Assembly (NCBI GenBank): GCA_902785935.1
Contig: CADAAN010000006.1
Span: forward strand, 4,309-68,308
Reading direction: 5' to 3'
Source: an uncultured Pseudomonadota bacterium
Lineage (GTDB): Bacteria; Pseudomonadota; Alphaproteobacteria; RF32; CAG-239
Length of the DNA stretch: 64,000 nt
Below, in pieces: positions 18,405 to 28,090 of this stretch. The notes below the pieces were generated by a model, which saw only the letters and a program-made list of their open reading frames with translations, made no database searches and was not told the DNA's origin. Made by a program: the position numbers and the translations under genes. The stretch's first letter is position 1, and every line of letters starts with the position of its first letter.

Positions 18405-20579
18405 TTGAAAAACTTTGTGAGATTTTGTCTGCGTACGTTCTTTTATATCTTCAAGGTCAGATGCAACATCAAGTTTGACTTGAAGAAATTGCCTAAAAAA
18501 GGTGTTTATGTTTCAAACCACGTGTCTTATTTAGACCCGATTTTGCTCTTTGCCTTTTTGCCGGGCAATCCGATTTTTGCCTTAAACGGGCATTTGTATC
18601 GTCGAAGATTTATCCGTTTTTTGATGAAAACGGCTGATATTGTGGAATTTAATCCGATTGAACCGTCTGATTTGAAGGATTTAATCAATAAGGTGAACGA
18701 TAATCGTCTTGTGGTGATTTTTGCCGAAGGACGTATCACCGAAAGCGGCGGCTTGATGAAGATTTATGAGGCGCCGGGGCTTTTGGCGGACAAAACCAAT
18801 GCACCGATTATCCCGATTTGGATTGAAGGTCCGCAATATGGTTATTTTTCAAAGACAAAAGATAAATTGCCCCACAGACCGCTTCCTAAAATGCTGATTA
18901 CGGTCGGCAATCCGAAACCCTTAAAGCTTAAAGATGAGCTTCGTCGTCAGCGTGACCACTTAAGCAATGAAGTGTATCATATTTTGACGGATATGCAGTT
19001 TTCAATTACCTACAATCCGAATATTTCGATTTTTGCACAGCTTGTCAAAACATCTAAAGTATATTCAAAAACGGGCTTTTTCTTTAAACGTCCGATGGTG
19101 ATTGAAGATATTAACCGCAAACCGATGAGCTATAAGGATTTGTTGCTCCGTGTTTATTTACTCGGTAAGTTTTTTAAGAAAAAAGCCGCGCATATGGAGC
19201 ATGTCGGCTTGATGTTGCCGAATACAATCGCGGCTGCGGCAACGTTTTTGGGGTTATCCGCGTATGAGCGAATCCCTGTCATGCTGAACTTTTCAGTAGG
19301 TGCCAAAAACCTGATTTCAATGTGCAAAACAGCGGAAGTAAAGCTTGTGATTACGTCAATCGCCTTTATTAAAACGGCAAAAATGGAGCCGGTGATTGAA
19401 GTCTTAAAATCAAATGGTATCGAGGTCTTTTATCTTGAAAGTTTGGCTAAAAAATTAGGGATTATCAGCAAATTGGGTGCCATGCTTCGTTATAAAACAA
19501 AGCGTATCCCGCACCGTCACGGCGGCAACAGAAAAGCGGCTATTTTATTTACGTCAGGCTCTGAAGGTGCTCCGAAGGCCGTTGTTTTAAGCCATGCCAA
19601 CATTATCTCTAACATCAAACAAGTTACAACGGTCGAAACAATCAATATGAAGGATTTGGTCTTTAATGCCATGCCGATGTTCCACAGCTTCGGACTGACA
19701 ATCGGTACATTGTTCCCGCTTTTAGAGGGGGGCAGGGTGTTTTTGTATCCTTCGCCGTTGCATTATCGCGTGATTGCTGAATTGATTTATGAGCTGGGTG
19801 CGACAATTTTGTTCGGGACAGATACCTTTTTCAGAGGTTATGGACGAATCGCGCATCCGTACGATTTTTATAACGTTCGGTTTATGTATGCCGGTGCTGA
19901 GGCTGTTAAACTTGATACGCGTAATTTGTTTATGGAGCGGATGGGCGTGCGCATTATGGAAGCATACGGTGTGACGGAATGTGCGCCGTTTGTGGCAGCC
20001 AACAATCACGTTTACAGTCGATTCGGCTCAATCGGCAAAATTGTGCCGGGGATTGAGTATAAGTTAGAGCCTGTGCCCGGGATTGAAAAAGGCGGAGAGC
20101 TTGTCGTTAAAGGTCCGAATATTATGATGGGCTATATCATGCCTGATAAACCCGGGGTTTTGGTACCCTTAAAAGACGGCTGGTATCATACGGGTGATGT
20201 GGTTGAAATTGATGAAATCGGCTATGTCTTTATCAAAGACCGCATCAAACGCTTTGCTAAAATCGGCGGTGAGATGGTGTCCTTAAATGCCGTACAGGAT
20301 ATGGTTATCAAGGCTTATGAATGGATGGGGCCTGACTTTAGTTATGGTATTGTTTCCGTACCGCATGAAAGCAAGGGTGAGCAAATCGTCTTGGTCACGA
20401 ACAACAATCAGGTCAAACAGGAAGTTTTGCATGACTATATCAAAAACAATGGTATGTCTGAGCTGTTTTTGCCTCGAACCATCCTGTATCATGAAAAAAT
20501 TCCGGCCTTTTTGACAGGTAAAACCGATAACGTTACCTTGAAAAAAGAAGTGATGGAAGAATTGGGCTTAAATAAATAA
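18405..20579 (+). CDS. aas: bifunctional acyltransferase / acyl-ACP synthetase (Aas paralog)
   Basis: Paralog of 9998..12169 (same motifs NHVSYLDP, FAEGRIT, FTSGSEGAPKAV, TGDVVEIDEIGY); TTG start with GGAG RBS. Confidence 0.8.
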   Translation: MKNFVRFCLRTFFYIFKVRCNIKFDLKKLPKKGVYVSNHVSYLDPILLFAFLPGNPIFALNGHLYRRRFIRFLMKTADIVEFNPIEPSDLKDLINKVNDNRLVVIFAEGRITESGGLMKIYEAPGLLADKTNAPIIPIWIEGPQYGYFSKTKDKLPHRPLPKMLITVGNPKPLKLKDELRRQRDHLSNEVYHILTDMQFSITYNPNISIFAQLVKTSKVYSKTGFFFKRPMVIEDINRKPMSYKDLLLRVYLLGKFFKKKAAHMEHVGLMLPNTIAAAATFLGLSAYERIPVMLNFSVGAKNLISMCKTAEVKLVITSIAFIKTAKMEPVIEVLKSNGIEVFYLESLAKKLGIISKLGAMLRYKTKRIPHRHGGNRKAAILFTSGSEGAPKAVVLSHANIISNIKQVTTVETINMKDLVFNAMPMFHSFGLTIGTLFPLLEGGRVFLYPSPLHYRVIAELIYELGATILFGTDTFFRGYGRIAHPYDFYNVRFMYAGAEAVKLDTRNLFMERMGVRIMEAYGVTECAPFVAANNHVYSRFGSIGKIVPGIEYKLEPVPGIEKGGELVVKGPNIMMGYIMPDKPGVLVPLKDGWYHTGDVVEIDEIGYVFIKDRIKRFAKIGGEMVSLNAVQDMVIKAYEWMGPDFSYGIVSVPHESKGEQIVLVTNNNQVKQEVLHDYIKNNGMSELFLPRTILYHEKIPAFLTGKTDNVTLKKEVMEELGLNK

Positions 20580-20593
20580 GCCCAACCTGCTTT

Positions 20594-21493
20594 TTATCTG
20601 TACCTGATTTTGACCGAATTGACTTTGCCTGCGATGGCATTTGCTTCATCGATGGTGTAGATACGCTTTGGGATATAATCTCCTTTTTGCATCGCGGAAA
20701 TTGAGGCATAAGTTTTCTCACCGATACGATATTTCCCGTCAGGTGTCTTAGAATAATGAATAATTTTCGGGTTTTTACCCGTTTGAAGCGCTATTCTTGA
20801 ACATACCTCTTCGGAAGCCGCACAATATAGTTTTTGAAGGTTTGTGTTTGTAAAAGCTTCATCATCAATATTTGTCACACTATTCGGAATAACAAGTGTT
20901 TCAAGTGTTGAAATATCAGCAAGAGACGTCCAACCGATTGAGGTTACACCTTCAGGGATTTCCAGATTTTTAAGTTTTGTTCCGACAAAAGCTCTATCAG
21001 GAATTTCTGTTTGAGCCTGCCCAAGCATCAAATAATCTATTTTTGTTGCCGCAAAACTCCAAGCACCGACATATTGAAGATTTAGAGGTGTATTAATTTC
21101 TTTTAATAAATCTGCACCCTGAAATGCAGCACCGCCAATTTGTTCAATAGAATCCGGCAAATCAATACTGCTGATTTTTGTATAAGCAAGTGTATAACTA
21201 CCGATATTGGTTAAAGAATCCGGCAATGAGACACTTCGAATAGTTTCAAGTTTTTCAACCCATGGTGTTCCCGGCCTTTGGTTTTTAGAATCCCATTCGT
21301 AATTTGTCATTTTTCCGACAGGTGCATTTTCATCTTTGGCTTCAATTGAAAAAAGACCTGTCTGCTCATTTAGTCTGGCAAGGCAATTAGCGCCGCAATC
21401 CCAACAATTGATGTTTAAATCATCACCGCAAGTATTGACTGCTTTAGCTTGAGAGCTCATTGTCAGTAAAAAAAATAAAATCCATTTTCTCAT
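20594..21493 (-). CDS. secreted BspA-type LRR protein with conserved C-terminal tail
   Basis: Signal peptide MRKWILFFLLTMSSQAKA; LRRs; C-terminus PKRIYTIDEANAIAGKVNSVKIRYR. Confidence 0.8.
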   Translation of the reverse strand: MRKWILFFLLTMSSQAKAVNTCGDDLNINCWDCGANCLARLNEQTGLFSIEAKDENAPVGKMTNYEWDSKNQRPGTPWVEKLETIRSVSLPDSLTNIGSYTLAYTKISSIDLPDSIEQIGGAAFQGADLLKEINTPLNLQYVGAWSFAATKIDYLMLGQAQTEIPDRAFVGTKLKNLEIPEGVTSIGWTSLADISTLETLVIPNSVTNIDDEAFTNTNLQKLYCAASEEVCSRIALQTGKNPKIIHYSKTPDGKYRIGEKTYASISAMQKGDYIPKRIYTIDEANAIAGKVNSVKIRYR

Positions 21494-21676
21494 ATTTTTT
21501 CTCCATTATGCAAAATAAAAAACCGTTTAAGATAAACCAAAAACGGAGGAGCTAAACGAACTGCACTAAATCAGTTAAGCTTATTCGAGGTATTAACCCT
21601 TATATCACTTACTCCTCTCTAAAGGAGTATATTTTTAGTGCAAGTGTCGTTTAAACACCGCAACCATTTTGGTTAC
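21494..21676 (-). promoter_or_regulatory. type-1 conserved 5' leader with terminator-like hairpin
   Basis: Minus-sense GTAACCAAAATGGTTGCGGTGTTTAAAC...GATATAAGG...CTCGAATAAG...AGCTCCTCCGTTTTTGGTT; promoter TTGACA-17-TTAAAT (21683..21711) puts TSS at the GTAACC; terminal hairpin ccgttt..aaacgg + T6. Confidence 0.7.
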
Positions 21677-21846
21677 GCTTTCATTTAAGCATATATCAAA
21701 ATACTTGTCAAGATGTTTTTAGCCTCTGTCACAATCGGCAACAAAATGTGCATTGATAATTGGGGCTAACGCGGCAATATCAGTTGATATATCTGAAAAT
21801 CATTTTATAATCAGCGTATGTTTTTGAACTTTGGAGAACTTTAAAT

Positions 21847-22812
21847 ATGTCTGAAAATAAAGATATTATCGTCGCAAAAGAGGCGATTGATCGCGAAGTT
21901 GAAGCTTTGGAAATGATGAAAGATGAACTTGATGATACGTTGAGCAAAGTCTTGGATGTCATCTTAAAATGCAAGGGTCGCGTGATTGTGACAGGCATGG
22001 GCAAATCCGGTCATATCGGTCGCAAAATTGCGGCAACGTTTGCCTCGACAGGTACGCCGTCTTTCTTTGTTCACCCCGGTGAGGCCAGTCATGGTGACCT
22101 TGGGATGCTTACCGATGAAGATGTTGTTTTGGCGATTTCAAATGGTGGTGAATCAAAGGAATTGTCTGATATTTTGATGTATTGCAAACGCTATAATATC
22201 CCGTTGATTGCTATGACGAAAAATCCAAACAGCACCCTTGGCAAAGCAGGTGATTATCTGTTAAAATTGCCTGATGATGGTGAAGCCTGTCCTTTGGGCT
22301 TGGCACCGACATCATCAACAACCGCAACGCTCGTGATGGGTGATGTGATTGCAATTGCTTTGATGGAGCGCAAAGGTTTTTCTGAAACGGATTACAAACG
22401 TCGTCATCCTGGTGGAAAATTGGGCGCCATGCTTTGCAAAGTTTCAGATTTAATGCATTCGGGCGATGAAATGCCGATTATCCACGATGACGCCATTATG
22501 CAAGAGGCTTTGATGGTCATGAGCGAAAAAATGCTTGGTTGCGTTGGTATTGTTGATAAAAAAGGCTTGCTTGTCGGGATGATTACCGATGGCGATTTAC
22601 GCCGCTGGATGTCACCGAATTTGATTGAAGAAAAAGTGTCAACAGTGATGACCAAAAATCCGAAAACCATTCGCCCCGATGTATTGGCAAGTGAGGCCGT
22701 CTATGTAATGAATAATACGGGCCGAGGTATCACAAACCTGTTTGCAGTTGAAGACGGTAAACCTGTCGGATTAATTCACATTCATGATTGTTTGCGTGCC
22801 GGAGTGATTTAA
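21847..22812 (+). CDS. kdsD: arabinose-5-phosphate isomerase (SIS + tandem CBS)
   Basis: SIS motif VTGMGKSGHIGRKIAATFASTGTPSFF, two C-terminal CBS domains. Confidence 0.8.
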   Translation: MSENKDIIVAKEAIDREVEALEMMKDELDDTLSKVLDVILKCKGRVIVTGMGKSGHIGRKIAATFASTGTPSFFVHPGEASHGDLGMLTDEDVVLAISNGGESKELSDILMYCKRYNIPLIAMTKNPNSTLGKAGDYLLKLPDDGEACPLGLAPTSSTTATLVMGDVIAIALMERKGFSETDYKRRHPGGKLGAMLCKVSDLMHSGDEMPIIHDDAIMQEALMVMSEKMLGCVGIVDKKGLLVGMITDGDLRRWMSPNLIEEKVSTVMTKNPKTIRPDVLASEAVYVMNNTGRGITNLFAVEDGKPVGLIHIHDCLRAGVI

Positions 22813-23748
22813 TTGGTTGATGTAAAAAAAATAGATGCTTTTTTTGAGCATGCGCAGCCTCTCAAAACACACCAGAAAGCTCATCAAAGCAAGCGTGAGC
22901 GTTATTATAAAATACTCAAACTTCTGATGCCGTCGGTTGCGGCCGTTTTGATTTCGCTGATTTTGATCTTCCCGCATTTAAAGAAAAATAATTTTGTGTC
23001 GCAGTACGATTTAACGGCGCCAAAAATGGGTGAATTAGAAAAATTGCATGTTGAAAAAACATCGTTTTCAATGACGGATATCGATGGCAAAATCAGCACA
23101 TTTACTGCAGAGTTGATGGAAGAAACGGCGCCTTCGTCGAAGGTTGTGCGTCTAACCCGTCCGAAAGGAAAAATCGCACTTGATCAAGATAAATATGCCG
23201 ACATCAGTGCTGATACGGGTTATTATGACCAGAATGGCAATATTGTCACGGCACAAAATAACGTTTTGGCCGTATACGATAATGATACAACGATTGAAAC
23301 ATCTGCCGCAGAATATGATTTTTCAAAAAATTACGGCAAAGGCGATGCGGCCGTTTATGCCTTCGGCAGTTGGGGAAAGTTGTGGGCAGATGCTTTTGCA
23401 TTTGACAAGACAAGCGAAATATTATACTTAAAAGGCAAATCAAAGGTAGAGCATTTGGAAAACACCTTAACTTCGACCGATGAAATGCGTTACAACAAGC
23501 CGCAAAACAAGCTGGAGGCATTCGGCAACGTTGTCTTAAGAAGACCCGATATGACGCTTTACGCCGATAAAGCCGTATTGTTTTTAGAGGATTTAAAAAA
23601 CAATACGATTAAGCAAATTGAAGCGTTCGGCAATGGCGATAAGGCTGTGTTTAATACAAAAACATCGGTTGCAAAAATGCTTTCATACTCAAAAAACAAC
23701 CGCGTTACAGGTGTTATTCGCGGGACACAAATCAAAGGAAAAAAATAA
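22813..23748 (+). CDS. LptC/LptA (OstA-like) LPS-transport protein
   Basis: N-terminal TM helix (LptC-like) then OstA-like beta-jellyroll repeats; sits between kdsD and lptB; TTG start. Confidence 0.55.
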   Translation: MVDVKKIDAFFEHAQPLKTHQKAHQSKRERYYKILKLLMPSVAAVLISLILIFPHLKKNNFVSQYDLTAPKMGELEKLHVEKTSFSMTDIDGKISTFTAELMEETAPSSKVVRLTRPKGKIALDQDKYADISADTGYYDQNGNIVTAQNNVLAVYDNDTTIETSAAEYDFSKNYGKGDAAVYAFGSWGKLWADAFAFDKTSEILYLKGKSKVEHLENTLTSTDEMRYNKPQNKLEAFGNVVLRRPDMTLYADKAVLFLEDLKNNTIKQIEAFGNGDKAVFNTKTSVAKMLSYSKNNRVTGVIRGTQIKGKK

Positions 23749-24491
23749 TGAAAAAAAATAATCAGGACAATCGTGTTTTAGAAATTTTTAACATCGGTAA
23801 AAAATACAAAAACCGTTCTGTTTTAAAAAATGTTTCTTTACATGTCAAACAAGGCGAGGCTGTCGGCTTGCTCGGGCCGAACGGCGCCGGTAAAACCACG
23901 TGTTTTTATTGTGTCATCGGTTTGATTACACCTGATTACGGTGATGTGCATTTGGGCGGTGAAGATATTACAAATATGCCGATGTATCAGCGTGCGCGTA
24001 TGGGTATCGGATATTTGCCGCAAGAAGCATCTATTTTCAGAGCTTTAACGGTTGAAGACAACATTAAAGCGATTTTAGAAATTATCGAAAACGATGAAAA
24101 TAAACGCGAAGCAAAGCTTGAGGAATTGCTTGATGAGTTTTCAATTGCGCATTTGAGAAAATCACCGGCAGTCGCACTTTCCGGCGGCGAGCGCAGGCGT
24201 CTTGAAATTGCACGTGCGCTGGCTTCAAACCCTGATTTTATTTTGCTTGATGAGCCGCTTGCCGGTATTGACCCGATTGCTGTCGGCGAGATTAGATCTC
24301 TTGTATCGCAACTCAAAAACAGGGGTTTAGGTGTTTTGATTACGGATCATAACGTCAGAGAAACGCTTGACATTATTGATAGAGCATACATTCTCCACGG
24401 CGGAAGCGTTTTGATGGAGGGTACACCTGATGAAATTGTTAAGAATAAAGAAGTTCGTCAGGTCTATCTTGGCGAAGATTTCTCGATGTAG
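23748..24491 (+). CDS. lptB: LPS export ABC transporter ATP-binding protein
   Basis: GLLGPNGAGKTT, LSGGERRRLEIARAL, ILLDEP; ~247 aa; synteny with kdsD/lptC-A. Confidence 0.85.
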   Translation: MKKNNQDNRVLEIFNIGKKYKNRSVLKNVSLHVKQGEAVGLLGPNGAGKTTCFYCVIGLITPDYGDVHLGGEDITNMPMYQRARMGIGYLPQEASIFRALTVEDNIKAILEIIENDENKREAKLEELLDEFSIAHLRKSPAVALSGGERRRLEIARALASNPDFILLDEPLAGIDPIAVGEIRSLVSQLKNRGLGVLITDHNVRETLDIIDRAYILHGGSVLMEGTPDEIVKNKEVRQVYLGEDFSM

Positions 24492-24683
24492 TGCAATTTT
24501 TTCTTGACGCTCGGCAAAAGATGTTATATGGTGCAAAAAGTTTAGGAAAAAGAGATGCTTTATTTAAATATTCAAATACCATTCATCATTATCCCCTAAG
24601 GGGATGCATCTTTTTATATAAAATCAAAAACTTAATCAATCAAATTCAATTAATAATTTAAATTTTAAATGTAGGTTAAAACA

Positions 24684-27600
24684 ATGAAACATTATGCCGA
24701 AATAGGAGCAAAACCTGATTTTGTGAAACTTGAAAAAGAAGTCTTGAAATTTTGGGATGAGGATAAAACTTTTGAAAAATCCGTTCACAATCGTGACGGT
24801 GCCGCTGAGTTTGTGTTTTACGACGGCCCTCCGTTTGCAAACGGAACGCCGCACTATGGTCATATTATGGTCAGCTATGTCAAAGATGTTGTCGCACGCT
24901 TTCAGACCATGATGGGCAAAAAGGTTGAGCGTCGCTTGGGCTGGGATTGTCACGGACTTCCGGCCGAAATGTCGGCTGAAAAACAGCTTGGTGTTTCGGG
25001 GCGCAAGCAGATTGAAGAATACGGCGTTGAAAAATTTAATGATTTTTGCAGAGCTGACGTTTTGAAATATTCTTCAATTTGGGTTGATATGTTCAAGCGT
25101 ATCGGGCGTTGGGTCGATTTCAGCCATGATTATAAAACGATGGATTTGAGCTTTATGGAAAGCGTGATTAAAAACTTTAAGACCCTTTATGACAAAGGCC
25201 TTGTATATGAAGATTATCGCGTTTTGCCGTATTCTTGGGCAGCTCAAACGCCGCTTTCAAATTTTGAGGTCAATCAAGGCTATCAGGAAAAAACGGATAA
25301 CGCCATTACCGTGATGTTTGAGCTGGAAACGGGTGATAAAATTCTTGTTTGGACGACAACGCCATGGACGCTTCCTTCAAACTTAATGCTTGCGGTGGGC
25401 AAAGATATTGATTATGCCGTGATGCAAGAAGAAGACGGACAAAAATATATCATTGCCGAAGCTCGTTTAGGCGCATACAAAAAACAGCTTGAACATGCGG
25501 TCAAGGTCGGCTCTGTGAAAGGTGCTGATTTGGTCGGGCTTTCATATAAGCCGATGTTTAAATATTTTGAAGGCTTAAAAGCAAAAGGTGCATTTAAGGT
25601 ACTTTCGGGTGAATTTGTTTCAACCGAAGACGGTACGGGTGTTGTGCATATTGCCCCGGGATTTGGACAGGATGACTTTGATGCCTGCCGTGCATACGAT
25701 GAAAATTTTCCGATTGTTTGCCCTGTTGATGAGGCAGGTAAGTTTACGTCTGAAGTGCCTGATTATGAAGGCAAACAGGTTTTTGAAACAAATGAGCCGA
25801 TTATGACCTGGCTTAAAACAAACGGACTTCTTGTGAAAAAAGAGCAATATACGCACTCTTATCCGTTTTGCTGGCGCACCGACACCCCGCTTATTTATAA
25901 AGCGATGTCATCTTGGTTTGTCAAAGTCACTGATTTTAAGGATGAGATGGTCAGGAACAATCAAGAAATTAACTGGGTGCCAGAGCATATCAAAGACGGC
26001 CGTTTCGGAAAATGGCTTGAGGGTGCAAGAGATTGGTCGATTTCGCGCAATCGTTTTTGGGGTACGCCGATTCCCGTTTGGAAATCTGACAATCCGAAAT
26101 TCCCCCGCATTGATGTTTTCGGCTCGATTAATGAAATTAAAGAAAAAACAGGCTTTGATGTCAAAAATTTGCACAAGCCGTATATTGATGAGGTTGTTTA
26201 CCCTAACCCCGACGATCCGTCTGGTCAGACCATGATGCGCAGAGTTTCGGATGTGTTTGACTGTTGGTTTGAATCGGGCTCAATGCCGTATGCGCAGGTG
26301 CATTATCCGTTTGACAACAAAGCGTGGTTTGAAAATCACTTTCCGGCAGATTTTATTGTTGAAGCGATGGATCAGACAAGAGGTTGGTTTTACACATTGA
26401 CCGTTTTATCAACGGCTTTGATGGGCAAACCGGCATTTAAGAATTGCATTTGCACGGGGCTTTTGATGGCCGAAGGCGGACAAAAGCTTTCTAAAAGGCT
26501 TAAAAACTATCCTGACCCGAACGAGGTTTTAGAAAACATCGGTTCTGAGGCTTTGAGATGGTTTTTGGTTTCATCACCTGTCTTGAAGGGCGGCAATTTA
26601 GCTGTTGATAAAGAAGGCAAAGAGATATCAAAAGCGTTGCGCTCGGCATTAATTCCGCTGTGGAATGCGTTTTATTTCTTCGTTTTGTATGCCAATGCGG
26701 AAGAATATCAAGCCAAAGAAATCACTTCTTCAAGCGAGGCGATTGATAATTACATTTTATCAAAACTCAAAGTTTTGCGCGACCATGTAGAACACGGTCT
26801 TTCGACCTATGATGTATCTGAGGCCACGACAGAAGCAACAAACTTTATGGAAGTTTTGAACAACTGGTATATTCGCCGCACGCGCGATCGTTTTTGGTCA
26901 GGCGACAAGCAAGCTTTTGATACGCTTTATACCGTGCTTGTGGTTTTAAGCAAAATTCTGGCACCGTTGATGCCGTTTTTGAGTGAGTATGTTTATAAAA
27001 ATCTGACCAAGGGCGAATCAGTGCATTTGATTGATTTTCCAAAACTTGAAGATATCAAGGTTGATGAAGAATTGGTCAAAGATATGGATTTTGTGCAGTC
27101 ACTTTGTTCGGCCGGTAAATTTATCCGTGAAGAGAAAAATTTAAGAGGCCGTCTGCCGCTTGCATCATTGACGCTTGTCGGGGCTGAATTAACACCGGCT
27201 TATCAGGATATTGTCAAAGACGAGCTTAATGTCAAAGAGGTCAGGTTTGATAACAATTTGAGCCTTTATGCCGACAAAAAGCTATACCTTTATACGCCGC
27301 TTTTGGGCAAAACGCTCGGCAAAGATATGGGCAAAGTCATGGCCGCATACAAGCAAAATGAGTGGAGCTTGAACGATGACGGCACTTTAAATATTGCAGG
27401 GCTAAATTTGGCAAAAGACTTGTTTGAAGTTCGCCTTGATATGAAAGAGGGTATCGCGGGGCTTTCTTTTGCAGACAACAAGGCTGTTGTGATGCTTGAT
27501 ACCAATTTAACGCCTGAACTTAAGCGTGAGGGTATGGCGCGTGACTTTGTGCGTATGGTACAAACGATGCGTAAAGAAAAAGACTTTAACATTTCAGACC

Positions 27601-27776
27601 GCATCAAGCTTTGCTGGCATACGGACGATGCGGAGCTTGCACAAGCCTTAAATGACAATAAGGCCTATATTGCTCAGCAGGTTTTGGCGCTTGAGACGTC
27701 TGATGTTTGCACATCCGGCACGACCGATACCATTGAAGGGCAAAACATCACCTTTGATGCTGTCGTTGCAAAATAA
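24684..27776 (+). CDS. ileS: isoleucine--tRNA ligase (eukaryote-like/type 2)
   Basis: 1030 aa; PPFANGTPHYGH (HIGH-class), KLSKRLKNYPDP (KMSKS-class), editing domain; length and KLSKR variant typical of type-2 IleRS. Confidence 0.9.
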   Translation: MKHYAEIGAKPDFVKLEKEVLKFWDEDKTFEKSVHNRDGAAEFVFYDGPPFANGTPHYGHIMVSYVKDVVARFQTMMGKKVERRLGWDCHGLPAEMSAEKQLGVSGRKQIEEYGVEKFNDFCRADVLKYSSIWVDMFKRIGRWVDFSHDYKTMDLSFMESVIKNFKTLYDKGLVYEDYRVLPYSWAAQTPLSNFEVNQGYQEKTDNAITVMFELETGDKILVWTTTPWTLPSNLMLAVGKDIDYAVMQEEDGQKYIIAEARLGAYKKQLEHAVKVGSVKGADLVGLSYKPMFKYFEGLKAKGAFKVLSGEFVSTEDGTGVVHIAPGFGQDDFDACRAYDENFPIVCPVDEAGKFTSEVPDYEGKQVFETNEPIMTWLKTNGLLVKKEQYTHSYPFCWRTDTPLIYKAMSSWFVKVTDFKDEMVRNNQEINWVPEHIKDGRFGKWLEGARDWSISRNRFWGTPIPVWKSDNPKFPRIDVFGSINEIKEKTGFDVKNLHKPYIDEVVYPNPDDPSGQTMMRRVSDVFDCWFESGSMPYAQVHYPFDNKAWFENHFPADFIVEAMDQTRGWFYTLTVLSTALMGKPAFKNCICTGLLMAEGGQKLSKRLKNYPDPNEVLENIGSEALRWFLVSSPVLKGGNLAVDKEGKEISKALRSALIPLWNAFYFFVLYANAEEYQAKEITSSSEAIDNYILSKLKVLRDHVEHGLSTYDVSEATTEATNFMEVLNNWYIRRTRDRFWSGDKQAFDTLYTVLVVLSKILAPLMPFLSEYVYKNLTKGESVHLIDFPKLEDIKVDEELVKDMDFVQSLCSAGKFIREEKNLRGRLPLASLTLVGAELTPAYQDIVKDELNVKEVRFDNNLSLYADKKLYLYTPLLGKTLGKDMGKVMAAYKQNEWSLNDDGTLNIAGLNLAKDLFEVRLDMKEGIAGLSFADNKAVVMLDTNLTPELKREGMARDFVRMVQTMRKEKDFNISDRIKLCWHTDDAELAQALNDNKAYIAQQVLALETSDVCTSGTTDTIEGQNITFDAVVAK

Positions 27777-27796
27777 ATGAAGTGTAACATATAAAA

Positions 27797-27831
27797 ACAG
27801 GCGCCTTGATGATATTTAAGGTGCCTGTTTA
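27797..27831 (+). terminator. intrinsic terminator after ileS
   Basis: aacaggcgcc...ggtgcctgttt hairpin with T-run. Confidence 0.6.
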
Positions 27832-28090
27832 AATATTTTGTTGATAAGAAAAGTACTAAAAAATAAGGAAAAAATGCATTTTTATACAAAAAATAAACAA
27901 AAAAATAAAATTTTTTGCATTTTTTGCTTGTTTTTCGATTCAAAATGTGATACATTGACAACATAAAAGTACCATAAGTTATGTTTATAAGAATTAATAA
28001 CTATTGTGAACGGGTTGAAGATTTTTTTGAAGTCTTGCCTGCGTTGTACTTTTGAAATTTGAAAAATTAATCATCAAATATTTTACAATT

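Noticed and set aside
25588-27658. Multiple 60-120-aa ORFs on both strands inside ileS
   Set aside because: They are embedded in a 1030-aa conserved aaRS gene and so are not real genes.
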